A stretch of DNA of 64,000 nt from Vicinamibacteria bacterium (GTDB lineage Bacteria > Acidobacteriota > Vicinamibacteria > Fen-336 > JAGNNV01), in NCBI GenBank assembly GCA_031362685.1, contig JANLSZ010000129.1, positions 44,191 through 108,190 on the forward strand, written 5' to 3'. Within the stretch, counting starts at the first letter, position 1. The number at the start of each line of letters is the position of its first letter. Below, piece by piece: positions 26,118 to 35,200 of this stretch. The translations under genes were made by a program, and so were the position numbers. The notes under the pieces are model-generated. The model did no database searches. It worked only from the letters and a program-made list of their open reading frames with translations, and was not told the origin of the DNA.

Positions 26118-26747
26118 CTACTGGCCTGCCGGTCCGCGCACCCGTGCCAGCTTCTCGATGAGGGACGCGACCTCGGCGCGCTTGATGTGGTCGCTGGCGC
26201 GATTCACCACGAGGCGCGCGGAGGTTCCGGCAATCTCCTCCACCACCTCCAGCCCATTCTCACGCAGGGTTCGCCCGGTTTCGACCATGTCCACAATGCA
26301 GTCGGCGAGGCCAAGGCCGGGGGCAATCTCCACCGAACCCTGCAACTTCACGATCTCGATCGCGAGGCCGCGGGCTTCGAAGAAACCCCGGGCGACATTC
26401 GCGTACTTGGTGGCCACCCGGAGCGTGGTGGGCCAGGCGTCGGCAAAACCGCTCGACGGTGGGGCGGCCAGCACCATCCGGCAACGGCCGTAACCCAGAT
26501 CGAGCGGAACCAGCACGTCGCAACCGGCTTCAAGGAGGACGTCACTCCCGCAGATGCCGGCGTCGGCCACACCGTACTCGACGTACACCGGCACATCCAT
26601 GTCCTTGACGAAAAGAAAGCGCAGATCTCCGGCCTCGACGATGAGCCGCCGAGTGTCCTGGGGGGGGAACCCCAGCCCGGCCTTCGTGAAAAGGGTCTCC
26701 GCCCCGGCCAGAAGGCGGCCCTTGGACAGAGCGATGGTAAGAGTCAC
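26118..26747 (-). CDS. hisG: ATP phosphoribosyltransferase, short form
   Basis: 209 aa with MTLTIALSKGRLL and LADCIVDMVETGRTLRENGL. Overlaps the hisZ stop by 4 nt. Confidence 0.9.
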   Translation of the reverse strand: MTLTIALSKGRLLAGAETLFTKAGLGFPPQDTRRLIVEAGDLRFLFVKDMDVPVYVEYGVADAGICGSDVLLEAGCDVLVPLDLGYGRCRMVLAAPPSSGFADAWPTTLRVATKYANVARGFFEARGLAIEIVKLQGSVEIAPGLGLADCIVDMVETGRTLRENGLEVVEEIAGTSARLVVNRASDHIKRAEVASLIEKLARVRGPAGQ

Positions 26748-27847
26748 GCCGGACCTTCGAAGCGGATCTTCTCGGCGCGGGATCGACGCGCTCGCGCCTC
26801 CCTCACCGACTCGCCCAACGTCTTGCCCTTGACCCGAGCCGGACGAGCCACATCCTCGGTCCTGGCCGTGCTCTGGCGCGCGACCAACAGGGCCAGTCGA
26901 TCAAGGCCCAGCATGAAACCGATCGCGGGCATGGGGCGGCCGAGCCGGCCCAAAAGAGCGTCGTAGCGTCCGCCCCCGCCGACATCGAAACCGAGACCCC
27001 CGCCGTAAATCCGAAAGACGAGCCCGGTGTAGTAGTCGAGACTGCGGCTCTCGGACAGATCGATGGCCACCCGGCCGCGCAGTCCCGCTTCTTCGAGGGT
27101 CTTAGTCACCGACTCCAGGTCGTCGAGGGCCGCTCGCGCACGGCCGATACCGCGGAGCGCGGTACGCGCCGCATCAAGCGACTGGCGGATTCCGTTGTCC
27201 TCGGCCAGGCCCACCAGCGCGCGCCCCGCGGCGTCGGACCCGCCTCCGCCCTCGAGCGCCTTCGCCAGGGTGAGCGGGTCGCGCCGATTGAGACTTTCGA
27301 GGGCCATCTCCCGCCTTGGATCCTCTGGAGTGAAGCCGACTTCATCGAGGAGGGATGTCACCACGCCGGCGTGACCTAGAGCGAGGATGAAGTCGGTAAC
27401 GCCCACCGCCTCGAGGCACTCGATGGCGATGGCGATGACCTCGATGTCCGCCGCGGGACCGCCGCCGCCGAGAAACTCCAGGCCCATCTGATGGAACTCG
27501 CTTTGCCGCCCCGCGCGCGGCGGCTCGTAGCGCACAACCTCGCCCGAATAATAGAGGCGGAGCGGCGCCTCGACCTGCCGCAATCGGCCGGCCGCGATCT
27601 TGGCCACGAGGCTGGTGAAGTCGGGCCGAAGGGCGAGGGTCGTGCCCTCACGGCCGGTGAAGGTGTAGAGCCTGGACGCGAGGGAAGGATCGAAAGTCGC
27701 CGCATCGTCGAAAAGCGGCGGCACGATCTCGTCGTAGCCCCAGCCTTCGAAAACGGAGACCACGCGGGCTTCCAGGGCGCGACGGGCTCGCGCCTCTTCG
27801 AAGGTGAAGCACGATGCCCCCTGAGGCAGTTGGAGGCGGGCGGGCAT
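26744..27847 (-). CDS. hisZ: ATP phosphoribosyltransferase regulatory subunit (HisRS paralogue)
   Basis: 367 aa with a class II aaRS-like core (LRLYYSGEVVRYE, FHQMGLEFLG). Immediately upstream of, and coupled to, short-form hisG. Confidence 0.85.
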   Translation of the reverse strand: MPARLQLPQGASCFTFEEARARRALEARVVSVFEGWGYDEIVPPLFDDAATFDPSLASRLYTFTGREGTTLALRPDFTSLVAKIAAGRLRQVEAPLRLYYSGEVVRYEPPRAGRQSEFHQMGLEFLGGGGPAADIEVIAIAIECLEAVGVTDFILALGHAGVVTSLLDEVGFTPEDPRREMALESLNRRDPLTLAKALEGGGGSDAAGRALVGLAEDNGIRQSLDAARTALRGIGRARAALDDLESVTKTLEEAGLRGRVAIDLSESRSLDYYTGLVFRIYGGGLGFDVGGGGRYDALLGRLGRPMPAIGFMLGLDRLALLVARQSTARTEDVARPARVKGKTLGESVREARARRSRAEKIRFEGPA

Positions 27848-27904
27848 GGCAAGGCAATTCTATCCGACGGTTGGAATCCACCTTCCGGCCCGCCGGGGCC
27901 GCCC

Positions 27905-29851
27905 CTACAGTCGATGATGCCGGTAGGCCTCGACCAGGCGACTCAGCAGGGCGATGTCTTCGCGGATGCGGGCGCCTTCTTCGGTGTCGCCCACCCGGCG
28001 CGGCTGGTCGAACTCGCGGATGCTGGCGATGGTGGGGATGATGTCGACACCGTCGCGCACCGCCGCCTCGACCGACTCGAAGTGATGATGCCGGGCCAGG
28101 AAAGTGCGGTCGGATTCGAGGACCAGGGTGTAGCCATGGTCACCGTAGGCCGGAGAGAAAGCCCCGTCGATGGTGATGGCATTGCCGCCGCGTTTCACCG
28201 GCGACTCCCCCGCATCGATCTTCACCGGAACGTGGCCGTTGACGATGAGGCCGCCGCGGTCGCAGCCGAACGCCTCCAATACCCGCTCGCAAAAGCCTCG
28301 ATCGTGAATCAGGTTGAAATACGGATTCTTGGTCTCCTGGTGGGTAGTCGGGTCGGCGATGAGATCGCGCTCCAGAGTGGTGATCCGATCCTTCCCGAAC
28401 ATCGGCGACAAAGGCCCGCTCCACAGGTACCAGAGGAAATCGAGATCGGGCGGCGAGCGGTGATTGAGGGCCCGGGTGACCACATCGTCGATAGCGTCGA
28501 ACAGTTCGCGGCCGGAGCGCGCCACCCCATCGATGGTCAGGGGGAGGAACTTCCCCGTCTCGTCCACCGGTACGCAGCCGTGGAAGATGAGGTGGTTGTC
28601 GCGACGCAGCCAGGTCGAACCGCGCGCGACCAGAAAACGCGCGTGGTCCCACAGCAGCGGGCTCGACAGGAACGAGGCGCGTGTGCGGTCGAGGCAGTGC
28701 TGCTCATCTTGGGACAGGGCCTCCGGATCCTGGGGATCGAGGGTCGGAAAGTGCCGATCGCGGAGAACATGAGTGGCGCCGTCAACAACAATGGTGCCCT
28801 TCTCGAGGTCGATGCTGCGAAGCAGGCGCCGGTGATCGAGCGTCCACTCGGGATGGCGCGCGATCATCTGCCCTTCGAGCTTGAACTGCATCACCGCGGC
28901 CGCCTTCTGCATGCGGGCCATGGTGATGGCTTCGCGCAGGCCGGTCCCGCGGGGCATGAAGCGCTCGGCGGGGTCGTCGGCGTAGACCGTGCGGGCCAGT
29001 CGTTCGAGGGGCTGCATGGTCAGACCGTACCCCTCTTCAAGCTGGGACAGGCGTCGATAGCGGGTGGAGATCCGAAGGACGTGCGCGATCAGGGCGTCGT
29101 GGCCCAGAGCCGCCCCGAGCCAGGCAATGTCGTGATTGCCCCAGGTGAGGGAGACGTGGGGCTGATGGCGCAGATACTCGATCACCCGATCGCCGCGGGG
29201 CCCGCGATCCACGCAGTCGCCCGCAACGATCACTTCGCTCACCGCCAGATTGCGCACCACCCGCACCACCAGGCGGATGAAGTTCACTTCCCGACCCTGG
29301 CCGACCAGCGGGTCGACGATGGCGGCAACGTAGGCCGCACCCCGCGCCGAAGACGATTCGTGGAGCATCTCGCGAAGGATCTCGGCGTACTCCCGCGGAA
29401 AAACCTCGGCCACCCGTTGAATGCTGGTGCGGCTGGCCAGGGTCCGAACCACGGCCAGCAGATCGCCCAGCACGCGCAGGGTGAAGCTGCGGCGGCGCTC
29501 GTTCGAGGCGCCCTGGAGCCGCTGCTCCAGGGTCTCCACGGGGTAGAAGAGAAGGGCCAGCAGTTCTTCGCGGTCGCTCTTCGAACGTTCGGCGAACACC
29601 CGGTCGACCAGCGGTCGCAGCGTCCCCGAGGCGTTATTGATGATGTGCCGGAGCTTCACGTCTTCGCCATGAACGTCGCTCAGGATATGAATCGAGCCCT
29701 TGGGCAGGGTGAGTTCGGCGGTGAGCCGGGCGATCTCCGCGGTAGCGGTGTCGACGTCCTTGAACTGTCTCGACAGCGCACGCAGGGCGGCGAGCTCGGA
29801 TTCAGAAAACGACACGACGGGGCTGGTCATGACCGGCGGGGACATTAGCAC
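27905..29851 (-). CDS. fbp: Fructose-1,6-bisphosphatase, class 3
   Basis: 648 aa. Colinear by eye with Bacillus-type Fbp: LPKGSIHILSDVHGE, VAGDCVDRGPRGDRV, WGNHDIAWLGA, LIFHGCVPVDETGKF, IVNGHVPVK, ITIDGAFSPAY. Confidence 0.85.
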   Translation of the reverse strand: MLMSPPVMTSPVVSFSESELAALRALSRQFKDVDTATAEIARLTAELTLPKGSIHILSDVHGEDVKLRHIINNASGTLRPLVDRVFAERSKSDREELLALLFYPVETLEQRLQGASNERRRSFTLRVLGDLLAVVRTLASRTSIQRVAEVFPREYAEILREMLHESSSARGAAYVAAIVDPLVGQGREVNFIRLVVRVVRNLAVSEVIVAGDCVDRGPRGDRVIEYLRHQPHVSLTWGNHDIAWLGAALGHDALIAHVLRISTRYRRLSQLEEGYGLTMQPLERLARTVYADDPAERFMPRGTGLREAITMARMQKAAAVMQFKLEGQMIARHPEWTLDHRRLLRSIDLEKGTIVVDGATHVLRDRHFPTLDPQDPEALSQDEQHCLDRTRASFLSSPLLWDHARFLVARGSTWLRRDNHLIFHGCVPVDETGKFLPLTIDGVARSGRELFDAIDDVVTRALNHRSPPDLDFLWYLWSGPLSPMFGKDRITTLERDLIADPTTHQETKNPYFNLIHDRGFCERVLEAFGCDRGGLIVNGHVPVKIDAGESPVKRGGNAITIDGAFSPAYGDHGYTLVLESDRTFLARHHHFESVEAAVRDGVDIIPTIASIREFDQPRRVGDTEEGARIREDIALLSRLVEAYRHHRL

Positions 29852-29896
29852 GCGGGCCGCCGGCCGGGGCGACTTCGGGACCGCCCGTTTATGGTT

Positions 29897-30748
29897 TCAG
29901 ATGAGGCCAGGGCGGCCGAACAGATAGCCCTGCATCAGGTCGCAGTCGAGCGCGGCCAGGGCGTCCCGCTCGCTTTCGGTCTCGACGCCCTCGACGATGC
30001 AGCCGATTCCGAGCTGGCGGGCGAGCGCCACCAGTGAACCGACGATCTTGCGCTTCACCGGCGCGGTGTCCACGTCGCGAATCAAAGCCTGATCGATCTT
30101 CACGAACTGCGGACTCATCAGGACCAGGCTTGACAGTCCGGCATAGCCGCCGCCCAGGTCGTCGATGGCGAATCGGTACCCCTTCCTTCGGAGCTCGCCC
30201 GACCGCTCCCGAACTTCGGGCAGATCGGAGATGGGCGCCCGCTCCGTAACCTCGAGAACCACCCGGTGCGCGAACTCGGTCAGGGCGTCTTCGCCCTCGC
30301 CGATCGGTCCCATCAGTTCCTCGACATCGACATTCACGAAGAGGGTCAGAGCCTCGTTCCGCCGCAGGGCCTCGGCCGCGCGGATGTGGACCACGCGGCC
30401 CAGCTCGCCCACCATCCCCACCGACAGCGCCAGACCCAGGAGGTCCTGCGGATCTCTCACTTGCGCTTCGCCATTTCGAGCCAGCGCTTCGAAGGCAAAC
30501 GCGGGCTGGCCGGGGCAGGACAAAGAGACGATGGGCTGGAAGGCGAGCCACAAAGAGTCGAGCGCGCGCTCGAAAAGAAGCCGGCGGTCCCGAATCGCGA
30601 GTGACTTCCACGATTCAGAGGGCCCAGGGGAAGGGCGCCGGGGCGCCGATATCGGACGAGTGAGGAACTCAGTGGAGCCGCTGGCCGCGAATTCAAGGGG
30701 AGACATAGGAGTTCGTACTGTATACATACAGTACTCGCTCCGAGTCAA
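29897..30748 (-). CDS. Stand-alone EAL-domain c-di-GMP phosphodiesterase
   Basis: 283 aa with a complete set of EAL catalytic motifs: FEALAR, FVNV, LEVTER, AIDDLGGGYAG, VKID, VEGVETE, QGYLFGRP. No GGDEF or sensor domain; only a ~40-aa N-terminal leader. Confidence 0.85.
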   Translation of the reverse strand: MTRSEYCMYTVRTPMSPLEFAASGSTEFLTRPISAPRRPSPGPSESWKSLAIRDRRLLFERALDSLWLAFQPIVSLSCPGQPAFAFEALARNGEAQVRDPQDLLGLALSVGMVGELGRVVHIRAAEALRRNEALTLFVNVDVEELMGPIGEGEDALTEFAHRVVLEVTERAPISDLPEVRERSGELRRKGYRFAIDDLGGGYAGLSSLVLMSPQFVKIDQALIRDVDTAPVKRKIVGSLVALARQLGIGCIVEGVETESERDALAALDCDLMQGYLFGRPGLI

Positions 30749-30760
30749 CTGTTTTTCAAA

Positions 30761-31471
30761 TTATTTCTCGACTTCGTCGTTTGAATCCCCGCCGCCCAGG
30801 CTCTTGAGCCCTTCGGGGAGACTTCCCCGGTCGGTGGCGGCGGCCGAGCGCATAAGCTGGCGGAAAGATTCGACCTGTTCGGCGTCGAGGGCGCGGAAGT
30901 CATGGAGCGAATCGCCGAAGGTCTGATAGGGCTCGGCCTGGGTGGGCTCGAAGGAGGCGCGGGTGCGGCTGCCTCGAATGCTGCGGACCACCAGCCGGAT
31001 GCCAAAGCCGATCACGGTGAGGCGAAACCGGAAGCGCTCTTCGTAGCTGTTCAACAGCTCGTGGAGCCAGCGCGCAATGCTGGTGAGGGACTTCATTTCC
31101 GCCAGTTTGAACTGGGACGGACGGAGGGGCGCGACCGGAACGATGGCCTCCGCCATCCGCGCGTAGATGGAAAGAGCGCGCAGGCGACGATGACGGTCGT
31201 CGGCCGCCTCTTCGATGGTGTCGGCGGCGATGGCCAGAAGCCGAACCGCCTCGTCGTAGGAAAGGGAGGCTCTCCGCGCGAGAGCGAGGTCGTAGGTGTG
31301 AGAAGCGATCTCCGTGTCTTCGGCCAGCCGGTTCCGCAGGGCTTCCGTCGCCTTCTCCGCGCGACCGGAAAGGACGAAGTCCCACCGTTGAAGCGCACGC
31401 TTCCGGTCGAAGCGGCCGAAGAAGAGAACGACCAGGCCCGCGGCCACCGCAGCGAGAACGACCGGGATCAC
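30761..31471 (-). CDS. Hypothetical membrane-anchored helical protein
   Basis: I favour the GTG start at 31471, 8 nt after the upstream stop (VIPVVLAAVAAGLVVLFFGRF is then an N-terminal TM). The track ORF start at 31585 would overlap the upstream gene by 107 nt. The rest is helical with no recognised family. Confidence 0.5.
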   Translation of the reverse strand: MIPVVLAAVAAGLVVLFFGRFDRKRALQRWDFVLSGRAEKATEALRNRLAEDTEIASHTYDLALARRASLSYDEAVRLLAIAADTIEEAADDRHRRLRALSIYARMAEAIVPVAPLRPSQFKLAEMKSLTSIARWLHELLNSYEERFRFRLTVIGFGIRLVVRSIRGSRTRASFEPTQAEPYQTFGDSLHDFRALDAEQVESFRQLMRSAAATDRGSLPEGLKSLGGGDSNDEVEK

Positions 31472-31478
31472 TCGGGGA

Positions 31479-32111
31479 TCAGTCCTTCCGCCAGGCGGCG
31501 TAGGTCCAGTATCCGGCCACGCTGTCGTAGGCAAGGGCGTTGGCGACGTTGATTTCCCGAATGGCTCCCCAACCGAGCCGGCCAATGAAATCGGTACACA
31601 CCACGAAGACCACCAGGTAGGGCACGTAGCCGAGGAGGATGGATCTGGTGAAGGCCGGGACGGGAATCTGATACCAGACGATCAGGAGGGCTACGAACGC
31701 CAGGCACCAGATGCCCGCGGTGGTGATGCCGGGTTGGTACCTTGCAAGATCCGAGTACGGAATTTCGGAAGGGGTCAGAAAGAAAACGATCGTGGTGGAG
31801 GCGACCACGGCTACCGAAAGAATCACCCGGACCCGGTCGGCAACCCCCTTGAAGGCGCCGAATACCTTCACCGAAAGCTCGATGGCCATCCCGAAAAGGA
31901 GCGCGTCATAGATCCCTTGCTTGACCATGAACGCCTGGGGCGTGTATGCGCGAGGGAACCCCAGGATCAAGAAGCCGGAAACCATCGCCACCGTGATGTA
32001 CGCGGAGAAGGTCAGACACTGACTCGCCTTCCGTCGCCCGAGCAACCCTCCGAACAGGGCCACCAGAAGAAGCAGACCAACGACCGCCAGCGAGCGATGA
32101 AATGCCTGCAC
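31479..32111 (-). CDS. Hypothetical integral membrane protein (about 6 TM)
   Basis: 210 aa and hydrophobic throughout. 20 nt downstream of the regulator gene on the same strand. Confidence 0.55.
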   Translation of the reverse strand: MQAFHRSLAVVGLLLLVALFGGLLGRRKASQCLTFSAYITVAMVSGFLILGFPRAYTPQAFMVKQGIYDALLFGMAIELSVKVFGAFKGVADRVRVILSVAVVASTTIVFFLTPSEIPYSDLARYQPGITTAGIWCLAFVALLIVWYQIPVPAFTRSILLGYVPYLVVFVVCTDFIGRLGWGAIREINVANALAYDSVAGYWTYAAWRKD

Positions 32112-32131
32112 CTGGGCTCAATCCCCAACGG

Positions 32132-32722
32132 TCATGCGGTCAGCGGCTTGGCCAGACGAGGAACTTTCTTGCGGGCAATGCCAAACGCCGTCAAACGCAT
32201 GTAGAGCGTCCGGCGCGTCACCCCCAACTCCCGAGAAACGCGGGCGATGTTCCAGTCGTTCTCTTCTAGTATCCGCAGGATGTTGACCCGGTTGGCGTCG
32301 GCCCGATTCACGTTCAGAACCCGAGCTCCAGTCTCCTCCCCCAGCGCGCCCACCGCCTTGGCCATGGCCTGCAGAAACGGACGCATTTCCTTCGGCTCCG
32401 CGGCCCGCGGGTTCTCGAGATACACCCAGCCCGACGGCGAATCCCCGCCGCCGGCCAAGGGGGCAAGAGCAAATCCGGATGCCGAGACGATCTCTCCTTT
32501 AGCCAGGCGCGCACGATGATCCTGAAAACGAATAGGGAGGCTCCCGAGTCCGGCCAGAGACAGCCGATACGACAGAAACACAGTGGCGTTGCCTCCTTGC
32601 GGAACCAGCACGGCTCCGCCATCCGCCCCGGCGACGTCACACATCTTCGACAACAATCGATCAGCCGACCGGCGAGGATCATCGGCCACGAGGGTTTCAA
32701 GCATGGATCCCAATGAGTTCAT
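32132..32722 (-). CDS. Transcriptional regulator with a GAF-like N-domain and a Fis-type HTH
   Basis: The C-terminal ILEENDWNIARVSRELGVTRRTLYMRLTAFGI is a typical HTH_8 (Fis) motif. Start placed at MNSLGS (32722) because 32723-32860 is conspicuously AT-rich and looks like a promoter; the track ORF starts at 32815. Confidence 0.7.
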   Translation of the reverse strand: MNSLGSMLETLVADDPRRSADRLLSKMCDVAGADGGAVLVPQGGNATVFLSYRLSLAGLGSLPIRFQDHRARLAKGEIVSASGFALAPLAGGGDSPSGWVYLENPRAAEPKEMRPFLQAMAKAVGALGEETGARVLNVNRADANRVNILRILEENDWNIARVSRELGVTRRTLYMRLTAFGIARKKVPRLAKPLTA

Positions 32723-32845
32723 GATGGTGGATTCTGCCACAATGACGGACAGAAGGGGAAATTGAACTGTATACTCTTTGTATATCTCGGCGCACTCGCG
32801 CCGAATAGGCCCCACCCCGAAACAAACACCAAAGGAAATCTAGCT

Positions 32846-32989
32846 ATGCGAATGTTCTGGACGATCTTCTTCCTCGGCTCCATGCTGCTGGTCGGACTCG
32901 ACGTACGAGAGCGGCGAGAGACCTCAAACCTCATGCCCGAAGTACACACCGCGAATGATCCGTTCGGGTTCCCCACTCCTAATCCTTAA
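32846..32989 (+). CDS. Possible small membrane protein (47 aa)
   Basis: ATG with a weak SD (AAAGGAAA) upstream. The product begins MRMFWTIFFLGSMLLVGLDV, one hydrophobic helix. Divergent from the regulator gene. Weak support only. Confidence 0.25.
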   Translation: MRMFWTIFFLGSMLLVGLDVRERRETSNLMPEVHTANDPFGFPTPNP

Positions 32990-33006
32990 GCCCCGGGCCG
33001 GCCGCC

Positions 33007-33054
33007 GCAAGTCTCCTCCGGTGCAAGTCTCCTCCGGTGTAAGTCTCCTCCGGT
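33007..33054 (+). repeat. 3 x 16 bp perfect-phase tandem direct repeat (GCAAGTCTCCTCCGGT) in the tkt leader
   Basis: Copies at 33007-33022, 33023-33038 and 33039-33054 (the third has one C>T change). 80 nt upstream of the tkt ATG. Confidence 0.9.
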
Positions 33055-33133
33055 TGCCAAAGGGCACGGGCCAGAATAGTGTTGCCTCCGGGCGCAGCAG
33101 CGGAACAGTTCCGCCTTCGCCCTGGAGACATCA

Positions 33134-35200
33134 ATGCCTGCGACCAATCTCGACGAACTTTCCGTCAATACCATTCGCACCTTGTCCATGGATGCGGTGC
33201 AACAGGCCAACTCGGGCCACCCCGGCACGCCCATGGCCATGGCCCCGGTGGCCTACGCGCTGTGGCAGAGGCATCTGCGCTTCGACCCCAACGATCCCAT
33301 CTGGCCGGACCGTGATCGTTTTGTCCTGTCCATGGGCCACGCCTCGATGTTGCTCTATTCCCTCCTCCACCTCGCCGGCGTGAAGGCGGTCAATCCCAAG
33401 TACGAAACGCTGGGCGACTTGTCGGTGCCGCTCGACGACATCAAGCGGTTCCGCCAGCTCGACAGCCGCTGCCCCGGCCACCCGGAGTACCGCTGGACCT
33501 CGGGTATCGAAACAACGACCGGCCCCCTCGGTCAGGGCGTGGCCACCAGCGTCGGCATGGCCATCGCCTCCAAGTGGCTGGCTTCGCGCTACAACAAGCC
33601 GGGCTTCGAGATGTTCACCCACCGCGTCTATGCCCTCGCCGGCGACGGCTGCATGATGGAAGGCATCTCCCACGAGGCGGCGTCGCTCGCCGGCCATCTC
33701 CAGCTCGACAACTTGTGCTGGATCTACGACAACAACAAGATCACCATCGAAGGCCACACCCACCTCGCCTTCAGCGAGGATGTGGCGACTCGCTTCATCG
33801 CCTACGGCTGGAACGTAACCCGGGTGGGCGACGCAAACGATCTCGACATGCTCGATCGCGCCTATCAGAACGCGAAGACCACCAAGGGCCGGCCCACCCT
33901 CATCATCGTGGACAGCCACATCGGCTACGGCGCTCCGACCAAGCAGGATTCGCACTCCGCTCACGGCGAACCGCTCGGGGCCGCGGAGATCAAGGGCACC
34001 AAGCGCTTCTACGGCTGGCCCGAAGACGCTCAATTCCTGGTTCCACCCGAAGTCCCGGAACACTTCACCAAGAACATGGGAGCCCGTGGCGGCTCGCTTC
34101 GCACGGACTGGATGGCGAAACTGGCGGAGTACCGCAAAGCCAACCCCGGCCTCGCCGACGAGCTCGACCGGATGCAGAAGCGGCAGCTGCCGGAGGGCTG
34201 GGACAAGAACGTCCCGGTGTTTCCCGCCGACGCCAAGGGCCTGGCCGGGCGCGACGCCTCGCAGAAGGTGTTGAATGCCCTGGCCCAGAGCGTTCCCTGG
34301 CTGATGGGCGGCTCGGCCGATCTCGCGCCCTCGACCAAAACGCGTCTCACTTTCGACGGCGCGGGCGACTTCTCGGCCGCGACCTACGGCGGGCGCAACT
34401 TCCACTTCGGCATCCGCGAACACGCCATGGGCGCGGTCATGAATGGAATGTCGCTTTCCAAGGTGCGGCCCTATGGATCGGGCTTCCTGATCTTCAGCGA
34501 CTACGGCCGCGCTCCCATTCGTCTCGCCGCGATCATGGAAATCCCCGTCATCTATGTATTCACGCATGATTCCATCGGCGTGGGCGAGGACGGTCCGACC
34601 CACCAGCCGGTCGAACAGGTGCTCTCCCTGCGCGCCATCCCCGGCCTTGTCGTCATACGTCCGGCCGACTCGAACGAGGTGGCAGAAGCCTGGCGATTCC
34701 TGATGCCCCAACGGCATGAGCCGGTGGCTCTCATCCTCACCCGGCAGGCCCTTCCCACCGTGGATCGCACGAAGTATGCGGCGGCCAGCGGATTGGCCAA
34801 GGGCGCCTACGTTCTCGCCGATGCCCCGGGCGGAAAGCCCGACGTCATCCTCATCGGCACGGGCAGCGAGGTTTCGCTTTGCCTGCAGGCCCACGAACAA
34901 CTCGGAAAAGATGGGATCAAGAGCCGGGTGGTGAGCATGCCATCGTGGGAGCTGTTTGAGCACCAGTCGCAGGAGTACCGCGATCAGGTGCTGCCGCCGT
35001 CGATCACCGCGCGAATTTCCGTGGAGTTCGGGACGACCCTGGGGTGGCGTCAGTATGTCGGCACCAAAGGCCGGGCCATCGGAATGAAATCCTTCGGCGC
35101 CTCCGCGCCCCTTCAGGAGTTGCAGAAGAAGTTCGGGTTCCTGGTCGAAGACGTGGTCGCGGCGGCCAAGGAGCAGGCCGCCGGAGCGAAGACTTCATGA
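33134..35200 (+). CDS. tkt: Transketolase
   Basis: 688 aa with HPGTPMAMAPVAY, GHASMLLYSLLHLAG, the ThDP motif GDGCMMEG and GEDGPTHQPVEQ. SD GGAGAC lies 4 nt before the ATG. Confidence 0.95.
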   Translation: MPATNLDELSVNTIRTLSMDAVQQANSGHPGTPMAMAPVAYALWQRHLRFDPNDPIWPDRDRFVLSMGHASMLLYSLLHLAGVKAVNPKYETLGDLSVPLDDIKRFRQLDSRCPGHPEYRWTSGIETTTGPLGQGVATSVGMAIASKWLASRYNKPGFEMFTHRVYALAGDGCMMEGISHEAASLAGHLQLDNLCWIYDNNKITIEGHTHLAFSEDVATRFIAYGWNVTRVGDANDLDMLDRAYQNAKTTKGRPTLIIVDSHIGYGAPTKQDSHSAHGEPLGAAEIKGTKRFYGWPEDAQFLVPPEVPEHFTKNMGARGGSLRTDWMAKLAEYRKANPGLADELDRMQKRQLPEGWDKNVPVFPADAKGLAGRDASQKVLNALAQSVPWLMGGSADLAPSTKTRLTFDGAGDFSAATYGGRNFHFGIREHAMGAVMNGMSLSKVRPYGSGFLIFSDYGRAPIRLAAIMEIPVIYVFTHDSIGVGEDGPTHQPVEQVLSLRAIPGLVVIRPADSNEVAEAWRFLMPQRHEPVALILTRQALPTVDRTKYAAASGLAKGAYVLADAPGGKPDVILIGTGSEVSLCLQAHEQLGKDGIKSRVVSMPSWELFEHQSQEYRDQVLPPSITARISVEFGTTLGWRQYVGTKGRAIGMKSFGASAPLQELQKKFGFLVEDVVAAAKEQAAGAKTS

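Noticed and set aside
33007-33054. CRISPR array
   Set aside because: The 16-bp units are directly abutting with no spacers, there are only three copies, and no cas genes are in the window.
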